Origin: Raillietiella orientalis
Lineage: Eukaryota
Length of the DNA stretch: 64,000 nt
NCBI GenBank assembly: GCA_036172245.1
Contig: JAYWIR010000008.1
Coordinates: 1,674,001-1,738,000, forward strand
Direction of reading: 5' to 3'
The notes beneath the pieces are model-generated. The model ran no database searches, was not told the origin of the DNA, and was given only the letters and a program-made list of their open reading frames with translations. Positions 48,701 through 62,355 of the stretch are shown piece by piece. The first letter of the stretch is position 1, and each line of letters begins with the position of its first letter. The position numbers and the translations under genes were made by a program.

Positions 48701-51700
48701 TTCTACGGAACGTCGAAGATTAGGCGCCCGTCAAGGAGAGATGAGAGTGGTAAGCAAAGAAGTGGCACTTCACTAAACAAGGAGGAGGGGGAACCAGCTC
48801 ACTCCAGCGCAAGAGGAGCGATTCTGTTGTTTTGATCTTCCAGCAGCACTCCACGCTTCAATAACGTAGATTCTTCTTGCAGAAACTCAAGAATCCGGTC
48901 TGGACCCTCACAGAGGGGTTGAACAGATGGATCAGCTGAATTAGATTTTCCGCAACACACCGCAGGGTGTGGGTCGAGTTAGTATAGAAAGAAGACGTTC
49001 TGAATTCTCTCAAGGCTTCCACATTGCATGGGTCCGGGAATCCTGGGGATTTCAAGGTAGCTGAAACCTCCTCCAGCAGACAAGTGAAGGTCAATTTCAT
49101 GATGCTTGGTCACTGTTTCATCCGGGCTATCCTGAAGACTGCTGCCTTGTTTTCCAACGAGAAGCCAATATCCAGGAGAAGAACTCGAATGCCCTTTTTC
49201 GCCGCGGACTGTCCGGTGGAAAGGGAGAGCCTATTGGTAAACCATTCGGTCACTTGCCACCATCTTAGGACGAGCCTTCGGGGAGCACCATGCTTTCTGG
49301 TCGAATGCAGAGGTCGCTGAATACAAGGGTTCTAGATGAGAGGCAAAGTCGGGCACCTTGTAGAGCCTACAGGAGCGACGCTGCTACCTTTTTCTTGCAC
49401 CTCCTCTTATGGAGATGAGGCTCAAACGGGCAGCATGGATGAGCTGCTAGTCAGGGGAGCAAAATCACCCCCTGGCGATCAATAAATGAGTGAAGTTCCT
49501 CCCTCCCCCCGGCTAGTGAACCTCCTCTGATCACGACTTTCAATAGCGAAATCCCATGCATAGCGGGGCCAGTTATTTGGATCTCATGCATCGAACTCGG
49601 AGGTTGCTGAAATCTCTCCTAGACGGAATTATTGAGGACAACAAATTATCCTTGTTTTCTCAGTTTCGAAAAATGAATTTCTTTATCAATATCAATGCAA
49701 ATCATGTGAATGCTGATTGAAAAACACAAGGGCAACACTGTTTTCAGCCAGGATAACTCTGTTTACTCCCTACTTACATCTCTTGCAAGATGGGTCGACA
49801 CCTCATCGTCATTTCAGCTCCCCTTTTCAGCAGCCTCATCGCGATGGCAACTGACATCGAGATGGGATTGCCGAAAAGGGAAGCTGCTCCTTAACGCTTG
49901 GTTATTCCATCGCTTGCATCTCCTCCTGAGGATACTCGTGAAGAGAAAAGCAATGATAGACCTCGCCATCAAGTTGCGCGCTGAAAGCCACGATTCCCAC
50001 AAAAAATGTGCTCGGAATTTCAGTCTTTAGGTCCTGTCTCCCTTAAGTGTTTTCCAGCTGCCCAGTTTCGTGTAAGCGTGGGGCATGTGGGCAAGTGAAG
50101 CCTCCCTTCTGTGGCTTCCCATGAACCCCTATCAGCTGTTCGGGACACTCGTCAGCAATGCGTTCTGCTTCCTTCCCGTAAGGAACTATAACAGGAAACG
50201 CCAACGCTTTCTCCTGGTCTCTTTTGGTACTGTGTCTGCAGATAATCTGAGGAAAGATAATGCCGTTTAGTTAGTAGTTGGGAGTGTGTTCTACTGCCCT
50301 CTTAGGGAATTACACTGCAGGCGCTTCGTGAGCAGGACACTTGACCAAACTGACGAACGATCCCTTTCCATTTCTAGGAAAAGAACTGCATGCGGTCTCT
50401 GAAATCTGTTCCGGGATGTCGGCCCGTTAGCTTCGCCTGCGTCCCGGCGTTTCTGATGCCACGAGCGGCGTCTTTGAATGCATCCTTCTGGAATTTTGAG
50501 AAACAGTTTCGCTCATGCGAAACGCTCGTCTGGATGAGGAACTTCATCTGCAGATATGCTCTCGACTGCTTCAAAAATGTCCTTGCTGCTTCATGCACAA
50601 CTCTGTTGCAACAAGCCAGCCTGCCCGCCCCAGAATTATTGATCCCCTTTTTCCTTGGAATGGGTTTCTCAGAGATGACTTTTCGGAACATCCAGGAGAT
50701 GTGCTATATTTCCGAGAGAGACGTTCTGGGTGAATATGCAATAACAGTGCGACGAACGCGTCATCCAGAGACACAGAAGCTGTCACGGGCAGTGCACACA
50801 GTTCTGTCACAGATGATGGGTAGCTGACACGATGTTCGACTATTGAGTTCTTTGAACTGCCTTGCTATTGGATCCATTGCCAGGAGGTTTCTATGTCGGA
50901 TGGATTCTACGAGAGATCGATCAACAACGGTAACCGATGGCCCTGAAAATTTTGGTAGTGAATCGTGACAGAAACCCGCGTCTTGAGCGCCATTCACCAT
51001 GGTATTTGCAAACACGCTCAAGCGCATACGTCAAGACCCATTTTTTCGCTGATCTTTTGCTTCAAAAGGGGCGGGGAAGAGCGGCAATCTTCTTTTTGTT
51101 TTTGTAAAGAGCATACTTTGGAGATCTAGCGAAAGAGCTGAGGCAGCAGCAGACTCCTGCTAGAAAAAGGCATTTGCATATTTTTCGTTTTCTGTTGGGA
51201 AACTCATTCTTGCCATGCGAAGGAATCGAAAGATCTGCCTCCAGAAAAAATGGGCAACCGTGGTGAGCAGTGATGGGTGAAGTTCCCTCGCTTCCATGCT
51301 GGTGAATTTCCGATCCTTCGGATATTTCCAAGAGCCGACTCACGTGATATCATCTGGAATGCTTCTACCTACTCAGACTGAGCTGGAAGAAGCTCCCTGC
51401 CCCGTCTGCACGCGTGATCCTGTCGTGCTTCCAATGTATTAACTTCCCTTCCACTATGGTCCTCATTTACAAATGTTTCTTGGATTTCCATTCTCCCAAA
51501 ATGCAGATGGTTAGCCAGATGATGATGACCTGTTCCTGGACAGGACGAAGCCAGAGGGGACTCTGGTGGAGGACTGCGGCGATCCCAACGTGCAAACTGG
51601 TCGCAGGAGGCTGGGAATAGGGGAGAAAGACGAATCGAACGATCTGGTAGTTGCTGGTTCTCCCCAATGTGTTTTCCTGAGGATAGCTGGCGCTCGTCAA

Positions 51701-52054
51701 AGCGTAAGGGAAGAGGGGGGTCTCGTCCGGTAAAGCGAATGATAAGAGGCCTCGGAGCCGAAATGGCCGCGACGTATTTTCAAACTTTAAATGGGCGAGC
51801 TTTCTTGAAGACTGAAGCTCGGATCCATGAGCGCCTAATAGGCCCATTTTGGTAGGCAGAACTGGAAGAGTCGAACACGGCACCCTATGCGACAATACTG
51901 ATCAGATCCCCTGAAAGGTTTTCGTTGCTATGGACAGCAGGAAGGTGGCCAAGGAGTGCCGGCGGCGACTGACCGGCCGACGCAACCGGTCCTGAAGACG
52001 GGTGGCACTCAAGCGTCGAGCCTCTGCCCAGCCGCCGGGACGGAACCGTTCCTG

Positions 52055-52112
52055 CCTCCGGGCTCGCCGCCGCCTGAGGCCGGCAATTTCCTCAGGTCCG
52101 GCGAGCCGGAGG
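52055..52112. other. GC-rich imperfect hairpin (14-bp outer stem with 1 bulge, 7-bp inner stem, 10-nt loop)
   Basis: CCTCCGG(G)CTCGCCG-CCG-CCTGAGG-N10-CCTCAGG-TC-CGGCGAGCCGGAGG. Confidence 0.75.
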
Positions 52113-54602
52113 GTGGCGACTGTTCGCGCCGAAGGGTTTGGGCTCTCGCCCGCCTGGAGCCGCCGTCGGCGCAGATCTTGGTGGTGGTAGCCAATACTCC
52201 AGCGAGATCCTGGAGGTCTGATGCCGAGGAGGGCTCTATGACAACAACCTTTGAGCGTGGTTCTGTCAATCCTAGGTCCCCGAAGGAATCTTCCACTCTC
52301 CGAGAGAGGGACATTTCTCGTCTCATACATTCATCGAAAGAGATGGACAGCATCTGCTTTTGGCAGAAGCATTTGCTCTTCACTGTTTATCCCCGTTTGA
52401 ACGTGCAAATTAGTCGGATCCCAATAGCTACCGACCGATTTCATCCTCGGGCATTTGTAGATAGTGTTCGGAACTCGGATTTCCCGATCTAAATCCAAGG
52501 TTTCTTTTACCGGAGCACTTGCATCAAGGGATGCGACGAGTGACATGTTTTCCTTGATCTGCTGCAGTTTTTTAGTTCTGCAGTTCGCAGGCCCTTCGTG
52601 GGCACTATCGCCGTCATCGTGCGGTACATATATTGGGCCCATTGCCTAACGGCACCGCAATCTCTCGCGGCCTAGAGTTGCCTACGTGACAGTGATTTCG
52701 GGGAACGGAGGACGCAACCGCTCATAGTGAGCATCGCCAGAAGATGGGTCCCTTCTGAGAATCATCTGTGCCTTTAGATGGCTCCTGACGGCATCCTAGG
52801 ATGATCCCAACAGATGGCGAACACCCTGAAGGAGCAGGTAAGACAGAATCTCCTGTTCGACAGCTATGTTCGCAGAAAGCCTCCTTAAATTTCCGGAGCA
52901 TTTCCGATAGCCATGAAAGGGCGTGCAATTCATTGCCTGTAGCTGGCTTGTCTCTGGTGGCTGTTCTTCCTTGTTGCGTCATCTGAAGCCTCTACAGCTT
53001 CCATCAATACGGAATCTCCGATCATAGAAATGAAACTTTGCAAAGAGTTCTTTAGAATTTGAGCATCCAAGATTCAGGATTGAAGGAATGCAAAGTAAGG
53101 ATTTTTCTCAGTTCCCATTGATTCCTTGATCCCTTTAGCTTTGCTTGTTGGACAAGGGCTGGTCCACGACGGGTGTTAGAAGGGAAAATGCTTATTGCGC
53201 TGGGCAGGTCTACCTCAGCAGCTCGAAGTTTCCACCTTTCGTTCGGCTCTCAGCAAGCGTCTCACAAGATTTCAGAGATTCGGAAGCTGTTTCTTCCTTT
53301 CAGAGCCAATTTCTTCAGTTATTGCCGGAATTTCATGGAAAGTGACGAAGAATATTTTCCCTCCTGCAGCACGCCATCTCTATTCACGCTCCGAAACGAT
53401 CAGTTGTCTTCGGAGACGATTGGAGATTTCTAAGGAAACAAAACAACAAAGCGTGAGCCCTGAATAGTGATCCAAAAAAAATCCTTTAATTTTCCGGTGA
53501 AGTTTGAAATGAGCTCTCGGAGAAAAACTCTGCTAATCCCATCCGGAGAGATGTTATCTGCGTGTCACTTGTGTTACTTTGTCGGCCAGATCACTGTTGC
53601 CCCTCCAGCTGGTAGTGGAGGCGTCCCTTACATCCCGATTTGGACACAGAGTCAGAGTGGCACGTCCGCATGAAGCCACTCGTCTTCGGTAAATAATTAG
53701 ATGCATTTCCTAGATTTGAAACATTTCGTTCTCTGGAGAGCTGCCAATGGCAGCGAGTGGGCTCCTCCCAAATAGGGGATTTATGACTCTATTTCGTTTC
53801 CTCCATTTGGTCCTTCCTTCTGTTCCATTTTCCAGAGATGAAAACTTCCATCTGTTCAAGATTAATGCCTTTCGGCCCCACTTTCTGTTTCAGAATCTTC
53901 GTATGAATGGAGAAAGTGAGTGCGGAGGTGGTGCACTATACAGACAGCACGCTTCCTCTTACTGAGCTGTCATCCAAGAAGAGAGCTGGTTTCTTGGTCG
54001 GTCGTCAGAGTTCCAGAAACTGCATCTCCAGAAAGCTCTGTCCAGCCCGTCATGCTTTTCGCCCGAGATCCTTAGTCCTTGGTTCTTGATTCTCACTTGA
54101 CAAGGTGCCAGCCCTCTCAAGAGGAGTCTGCAGAGTCAGCTCTATCGCAGTTACGAGCTCCTGTCCTTGTGGACGCTGCACTTTCCAGTTGTTCTCACGT
54201 GCTGCCTTGCGCAGTTTTCTCATCGACGGTTCTGGCGAACGAGGGACCCCCAGGCCTGCACTTCCGCTTGCGCGCGAGCCTTCTAAGTACTCATTCTAGA
54301 TTTCTTCGAAGGTTCCCTTCACGCTCTCTTGCAAGTCTGCAATTTCGAAGCGGCTTACTTTATTTTTGCGAAAACCATTTTGTGGCGCCTCCGGAGTCAG
54401 CTCTTCCATCAGAGGCACTCCATTGGCCCAAATCCTTCTGGTCTTCAGGTGAGTGTCTACGTGCAGATGGTTTAATTTACTCGATGGCTGTCAGTGGCAA
54501 CCAATTTGAGATCGTCCTCCTAGAGGGAACCGGAGGAACTCAGGCGCCACTGATAGCTCAACCAAAACCTGAGTCCACAACAAGACTCCCCTCATGCAGC
54601 AG

Positions 54603-55015
54603 GCCACGGTGTTCTTGCATTGGAGGGGACCCACGTGCAACAGACGCCGCCATCGCATGACGGGGAAGGAGAGGGAGTTCTCCCCGAATCGTGCGAGGCA
54701 GGAATCGCAGGAACCCTTCCCCGCGCCCTGCACTGGACGTGGCAGCACCCTTCGTCCCGAACGGGAATGAGCAGGCGAGAGAGCCTATTCCGTCCGGGAG
54801 GCACCATCGAGCAGCTTGCGCGAGGCGTTTCTTCGTTGCCGGCTGACTTCCTCCCTGGCGGGGCGGCAGCCGCCCCCTTGCACGGCATCAGGGAGGTTCG
54901 TCTCGCGAAGAAGCAGCTCCGAAAGTGGTGAGTGTCCATCCCCATGATGCGGAGAGCGCGGGAAGATCCCTACGACGAGCAAGAATGCCGTCTACACTGC
55001 TGAGGGACTGGAGTC
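54603..55015 (-). repeat. dispersed repeat B, copy 2 (inverted)
   Basis: Partner of 32773-33190; ORF 54592..54945- mirrors 32846..33160+. Confidence 0.97.
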
Positions 55016-58000
55016 CGGCGAACTTTCTCCTCTCCATCTCTCATTTACTGCTCTCTGCCCCTCTGTCGCTCCATGGCTCTCCCTCGGAAAGACTGCATCT
55101 CGGACAACAGCCTCTCCCTCTTCCTGTAGGATTCCAGTTTGCACTCAGTCCCTACCCCACATGTTTACCATGCATATGTTTGGCAAACAATGGCCCCAGC
55201 CTAATCGGGTGAGACAAGAAAGACATCCCGTTGCTTGTGGAAGATTTTCATTAACCAGGCTGATCTAATAACCAGTCTAATTTCCTTCGCTGATGAATCA
55301 TCCACCGCCACCCTGCCACCTCTGTTGCCTTGTTTGCTCTGTTTGGGCAGGGTCGGCGCTGCGCCGTGGCCTAACCGTGCTCCTTCGCCGAGAGGCTGCT
55401 TCGGGGCATGAGCAAGTCGTCCGAAGGAAACCCACCGGCATGAGGTGCCCGAACGAATGGTCGCGCAAAGATTCCAACTTCCAGGGAATTTGGCCAGCGT
55501 GGACGCGGGACCCAGGATGGAAGAACAGCAAGGAGAAAGACATCTTCAGATCTTCTGACGTGAGCGCCTCTCTATCTGCCGTTAGGTGGCGACGGCTTTT
55601 TCCCTCCTCGAGGTACGAGACCAGTTGTGGCGGAGGGCTCTTCTCTGGGACGAACCCTCTCGAAAAAGCAGCCCTTCTGCCTCCCTTGGGATGAGTGGCT
55701 CTTTTACAATCCGCTCCTCCCGGAATGCCACACTGTCCCCAGCGAGCGTGCGCCTACCTCCCCCCTCCCCATCGTCCGTGGCTAGCAAGTTGGGGAACTT
55801 CAAGTATTCACCACTCATGGCAGCAGCATTCCTGTCAACCGTGTACCTTCGGCTCAGCGCAGAAAGGGAAAGGGGAATATCTGAGTGACGATCCCATTTC
55901 CTCTTCGGATGCTCAGCCTTTCCGAGGTCTCGCTCCGCTTGAGCTGATTCCCACCATCGGAAGCTATCCAGCAGAAACGTGCGCTGCGCCTTCCTCCAGC
56001 CATGCATCTTTCGGTGGTTCGTGGGAGCCGCGTGCTCGGTCCCCCTACGAATCTCCCCCTCATTGCGCTTGCGGCTGGGTGGCGCCATTTAGCAGATCCT
56101 TGTTTCTCTGGAAGGGGCTATCATGTTTTCGGAAGTTTAAACGAAGAGCCGTCGAGCTTGATGCCTTCCGGGAGGAGCTGGAGGAACCTCTTCCAGGACC
56201 CGCTTCTTTTCGTTCTTCGTTTCGCGCTCGATGACGGATGTGAGCTATCGCGCGTGAGCTCCGAGTGCTCCGCTGGACCCGTCGTCAGATGATGAGCTCT
56301 CGGCAACCGTTGCAGAGCGTCTCCACGAAGTCCTGACGTTTGCTCCAGGCCACGCGAAACCTCAGCGGATGCGTTCGGGAGACAAAAGAGTTGGTTGAGG
56401 GATGATTCCAAGCTCGAAAGTTGTTTCCAGGGACAATTCCCACAAATTCTCGGAAAGATGGCGCCCCTTTTTTTAAGCGATTATGGTAGCTTTGCAAAAA
56501 ACGCTCCACAAGAAGGTGGCTTGAGATCATGTGATCAATGGATGACACATGCAGAGATGTAGCAGCACAGGTGACAGCAGCCTGCTTATATCGATGGGAA
56601 AATTCTCGCTGCTGGTATTTTAGTCTCGACAAGACTAAGATGTTCCATCAGCTCCATCATCTTTGAACTACACCTTGGTGTGATACAAAGCTGCAAGAAT
56701 TTGCTTTCAAGTGCTGCCGCCATCCGTCATTCGTTACGAACGATTGAAAAGTTGACCACACCTTGCATGAAGGCATCTGGTTTCGAATGCTGCATCACAT
56801 TGGCGAAATCCGCTCCAGTGGGTATTTGCCAGGTTGTCACAGCTCTCCTCACCATGACGACCCTTCCTGATTTCTCCAGAATTTTCGGCCGAAAACATGC
56901 GTTCCTAAAGCGGTGTTAAGTGTCCCCGGTCTCACTGACCTCGTCCGACGCGATCCTTCCTTGTCTCTCGTAGACAGCAAGGAACTCGCATTGCAGAGAA
57001 TCGGAGGAGCTGCCCACCATTTGCCAGAACTCACAGAGAGAAGCTCAAACGGTGAGCAGCAGCATGCTCACAGGAAGACTCTCAGAAGTGTCTAAAGCTC
57101 GAGGACGGTTTGTGCGAGGGAGGCGGTCTCTAAGAAGCGGACAAATCATGCTGTGCATCGCACTCCAGGGTCTCAAGCTGAACCTGGAGTGTGCAGAGGT
57201 ACCTGACTCATCAAGCCCGCCGTCCCGAGGGTGGATCCGATGGAGAGGAAGACTTCCGGTAGTCACTCGCTTCGGAATCCAGCAGCTTGGATTCCCTCCC
57301 CCATTGCCTTGACTCGACTTCATCATGGCGGCTACGGGGACCACCGCGCGTGGCTTTTCTTTTCATGTCGGACAAAGGTGTGTCTCGCCAAGGATAATAA
57401 GTAACCGCTGAAGAAGAAGAGGATCAGAGACGAATTCAGAAAGGCCTCTCTAAAACTTCCATCACACGAGTCGTTCCTCTGGCTGGTGCTCGGACGCTTA
57501 AGCCTCTTCCTTTTTCATTGCTCTCCCTACCTTGTTCTCCCTTCTCCTTGTTGGAGCCCCCAGGCTGCAATTAGCCGTGCAATCGTGGTCTCAGGAAGAG
57601 AGTACTTGCATTGGCGGAAACTCTTGAGCTGGTTCGGATGACGAGACTCGCGGAAGGGATTGTATAGGCGAAAGGAGAGGAATTCCAAGTGGTTTTAAAG
57701 GTAGAAGAGAAGAGTTCCTCTGGAAGGCGGCGTAACCATTCAAAAGAGGGAAAAGGAAAGGAGAAAGGCAGAAGGACAAAGGTGCCAGCTCGGGTCTACA
57801 GGGTTTGGCGTCCGGAAGGAGCCTCAAACGCGAAAGATCAGCAAGTTCCCCCGTCATGGAGCTCGGCAGACCGGTTCCCGGAAGACAGGAAACAGCTCTC
57901 AAGGTGAGGTGAGTGAAAAGACGTGCATCACAAATGGGGCAAAAAGATGCGGAGAACTTTTCGGGAAGAACCGAAATCGACGCTGGAGTGTTGACTCTGA

Positions 58001-60827
58001 GTAAAGCGAGACCTCTGCGTGCCTCCTGGAAGCCTGGTATCTCTCCGTCTTCAATGCTGCTGTCAAGGTGGGCCGGACGCTTGGGAGAGTTCTGCGTGGG
58101 AAATTTTGCAACATAGCTTCCTCCTTTCTTTCCCACTGAGGAACCGTTTTTTTTGTCCATGGACCCACTCGTTTGAAGTACTATTGTGCAAGGAAGCCCA
58201 CGATTTATCTTACCAGGTTCCCACTTTCCCTTGCAAGGCAGCCGGAAAGGGGAAGTCCCTAGCTGAGGCAAGACTGCCCTTTTCCGCGACCATCATGGCA
58301 CCATCAAGCCCTGAAGTTCTGCCTCGAACCCACGGCATCACCAATCTCGCCTTTGTCTCTTGTTCTCTGCTCCATCCTCAAGCAGCAAGAGATTAGGTCC
58401 AGATCTCCAGAATCCAGCTCGCGATGCACAGAAACGAATTCTTGGCTCCAAACTACCTGGTTGCAACCATCTGGGTGAGCACGATCGCGTTGCATGATAG
58501 CGCGGAGATGCCGTCACACATCTGACCTCGCAACTGCTCATGTTCCTCTTCTACATACCGCGATTCCCAAGAAATATCATCCCTCCTCCCAACTTACATT
58601 TATGGCAGCCGCTTCCTAGAAAAATCCAAACTTCCTGACAGTTGCAAGGGGCACCTCTTCAGTCACTAACTCACCGTTTAGTACAGGTCATGTACCAGTT
58701 CATCTCTGATGACCAACAAGAAGAAGAAAACAAGAGAGTGGACGTTTCTAAGCCACTGATCACATCGTGTCCCGACATGAGTTCCGAAACACCCCGAAAA
58801 CATCACGAGACTCAGAACCCAAGCCAACCTTAGCGTGAAATTCGCTAATTCATTCATGCGTCTCCATGCCACCATGTGGGATGCAGCCAATGACGGGGCT
58901 ACCATTGAACATCTTTGCTATCTGCATGACCCTCCCTTTTTGCCCTTTAGTTGAAGCGGTGCCACCGGACGAGCTTCCCCGCCTGGACCGGCATCCTCCC
59001 ATCTGCACTCACCAGCAGACATATCCTGAGTGACGTATGCTGGAGCGCGCCATTTCCCTGCTGGTGCGCTTCTCTTTCCGCCAAGGGATCTTCAGCCCTT
59101 AGGTTTCGCTGCTTTCCAGAGGCCGTGGTCCTACGACGACCTCTTTGAAGGATGCTGCCGGCCCACTCGTTTGGAGTACCAGCATCAGTTCTGTATCGGC
59201 GAAGTGAACAGTCGACCCTCTGCACTTGCCCTTCTTTCTTCTTTCTTCGTCTTGCCTCCTCAGGTTCCTCAGTAGAGGAATCGTTGGCTGTCTCCTACTA
59301 GCGTCACTTTCCGGTAGCTCGACAGGGGTTATCAGATCCGGTCGCAGTTCGGAATCTGCTCCGGAAACAAGTTGGTTGGAAAGCTCCAGCTCTTTCTTTC
59401 GCAGTCCTGGATCCTAGCTGCCGGATCGTCGTGCTACTCGCTGATCGTCTTCTTGTTTCAGATGCAGTAGTTGAGGATTGAGTGGTATAGGGAGAGGATC
59501 TCGACCTCTCCCCAAACCCTCCTCTTCCTGTTTGTCCGGCCGATTCCATGGCCTACAGGGAGACCCTTGTACACAGTCATTAACTTTAGTCGTCTAATCG
59601 ATCTGCCATGTGTTTTCTGCCTGACTCAGAAAGCGTGCCGACGCGCGTTCCACTCTGAACGCAGTTTCTCCTTGGTAATGGGTGCTGCTGAGCAAAGAAA
59701 GCTAAGCTTCCTTGCACTGGATTGTGCTCAGTCTAGAGATCATCGAAGATGCTCATTTCAAAATTGCAACTGCGCAGCTTCCCGAACTTCATTTTCCTTT
59801 TACCCTACAATGGTCGGCGTAAACTGCTGTCGACCGATTCAATGATGGTGGAGTCCAACTTTGTAAGGAGCCGTGCGACCAGCAAAGCGCGCTTTTCAGC
59901 AGCATCCTCCGCATCCCGTTTCCTCCCGCCTCTAGTCACCACACGATCATGAAAGCAGCACCGAGCTTGCCGTGCGATCTCGAAGTTCCACCGCTGGGAT
60001 GATTCGCGTAACCCAGCCTCCCCCAACCATCGCTGGAAAGGGGAACGAGTGGTCCATTTCACCTCCGGGATCGTTGTCACGGCAAGAGCACTCATGGCAG
60101 CCCCCCTCAGTCAGAGGATCGCGAGACCTTGGTTCCTTCTTTCTGTCCTGGGGCCACGGAAAAAAAAAAACGGAACGCCTCCCAGGCATTCTTAAAGGGT
60201 CCCTCTGGCAACAGGCAGACACGAGATTCATCTTGGGGTTTTTCAACTCGCTCGCGTCTTTGTTTTCGCTGAAGACCTTGCTTGCCAGCTTCTAGAATCT
60301 CGTAGCGCTGACGGCTGGAGGAACACGTCTCCTGCAGGGGGAATGGGAGGGACATGACCCCTAGTGACTGGAGTTTTGCGCGCCACACTCTCTCAGCAGG
60401 GCGGAATGGTTTGATGTCTCTCTCTCTCTCCATCCAATTCCTTTCCGTTTTGGTGGTGCGCGCTTTCCGGGGATCCCGAAACCAGCTTCTTCCAGAACGC
60501 GTGCCAGTTGCCCTGGAAGCAGGCACGCTGAATTCTCCAAGGAGTTACTCTTCATCCCAAACAAGCTCGAAGAGGCAAGAAAGGCGTGTCCTTGCCTCGT
60601 TTCAGGAAGAAGGGGTCGACAGGATGCCGGTTTTTTTTTTTTGAAGAAGGGAGGGCAGGGGGGAAGGAATCAGGCCGCATCCCACTGATGAGGCGTCGAC
60701 CAGGAATGGCAACGTCCATCTTGAATCCCTCCCTGGTTTCAATCTTGTCGTTAGAGGAAGAAACAGGGAAGCGAAAACACCACGAGCGAGTTCGTGATGG
60801 CCACGCACAAGCATAAGGACACACTCG

Positions 60828-61035
60828 GTGTGCACAGTGCATGTGTATACTGTACACATGGAGCTGTTACCTTTGAGGTCCAAGGTACTCGGAAAGCCAG
60901 AAAATTTCTTGGAGATCTGCCGAAGGGGCGATGGAATTCACAACTATCCCACTCACGTGTGCGTGTACACACACGTACCTCTCCAAGGACATGTATACGT
61001 GTGCGCACATGCACTTGTATACGTGCTGAATACAT
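60828..61035. repeat. alternating purine-pyrimidine (CA/TG/TA) low-complexity patches with short palindromes
   Basis: CATGTGTA-TACTG-TACACATG (60840-60860), ACGTGTGCGTGTACACACACGT and ACATGTATACGTGTGCGCACATGCAC. Confidence 0.7.
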
Positions 61036-61734
61036 GGGAGCGTTCTTGCACGCTACTCCTTGTCCACATGAGTAGCATGAGGGAGTGGACAAGTGTCCGG
61101 TCAACACATGCAGACGTGGTGAATCTTGAGAACGCGAGCGTCCGCGTGCACCTTGCTGCTGAGTCCGAGAATCTTCGCTTCATCCCGCTGGTCTGCTTAC
61201 CGCGCACGCGCGCCGCCTGGTAGGTCGGCACTGTCCGGGAACGTGGGGGGAGACCCGAAGCAAAGTGACGCGTTCGGGGGGGACGGACGAGGGGATATTT
61301 CACGATGCCTGCTCCGATTCCGGTCCGGTAACCTCTCAGCTCCTGGGGCAGGGTTACGCGCGGAAATGTAGCATGACCGCGAGGCAAAGTGTTCATCCAA
61401 CGAGGACGCCAGAAAGTGGAGGAAGCTCTCGCGTTCGCTGAGGAAAGCCAAGGCCCGCATCGGAGGCCCTGTGGCTGTGGTCTCCGCAAGGCGTGGCACC
61501 AGGCGTCGTGGGTTCGAAAACTGGGAAAGAATCGACGTCGAGAGATGGGGGTGTGTCGTAGGTTCGAGTCTTTCCTGCAAGATGACGCTGGTTGGCCGGC
61601 ATTCGGGTGCGGCACTGGTAGCAGTTAAAACCGGATGCTCCCGATAAGTGGCCGGAATTGGGAGTCGACCTTCCGGCTCCTTCCAGGAAACAGAATCAAG
61701 CAGTGCGGTTCCTTTCGCGGTTTCCTTTTGGTTG

Positions 61735-62355
61735 CGCAATGGAGCAGACCCCTTTTCCGAGGGGGAACTCTGTCTCGTACCATGGAGCTGGTGGATTGAT
61801 GATGCCTCTCCAAGTGCAAAGAAGAGAGCCACTCCCGTCGGAGAGTGTCCATCTGAGAAAGTTCGGAAGCGTCTTTTCGGGGTTCTCTTCAGAGGTGCCA
61901 ACAGGAGCGGTTTCCTTGAGGAATCCCTTCAGAGAAGAAAAAAATGGAGCAGACCCCTTCGGGGATCCTTCCGGAAAGAATTAGAAAGAGTTTTCCTTCT
62001 AGGGTTCCCTTCGGAGACAACCAGAGTGGAGGTTCCCTTCGTGGATCTCCCCCAGGCGTGAGAGGAACTTGATCTTCCAGAGCCCTTCCTGGATTCATGA
62101 GGAGGACTACTCCCGAAGTAACCTTCTATCTTGAAAATTACACGCACTTTCGGGTGGCGTGGAACAGCGTCGAAGAGCTGCGTGAGCCGCCAGGCGAGCG
62201 ACGGTTCTTGAAGTACTCTGCTAAATGAAAGAAAGCTGAAACGAAAGCGGCGAAGCAGCCGGAGGGGAAACCCAGGACTTGGCTCCCGCGTCTCTGCAAA
62301 AAAACCGAGGAGAGTGGGATGGACGCATGTCGAGGGTACATGGCTCTCGGGATTC
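61735..62355 (+). repeat. dispersed repeat C, copy 2
   Basis: Partner of 48170-48700. Also contains an internal 17-bp direct repeat AATGGAGCAGACCCCTT at 61738 and 61953. Confidence 0.8.

Noticed and set aside
61540..61600. tRNA-like GGTTCGA motifs (also near 21472, 32370, 47140)
   Set aside because: No T-stem, acceptor stem or cloverleaf around them.
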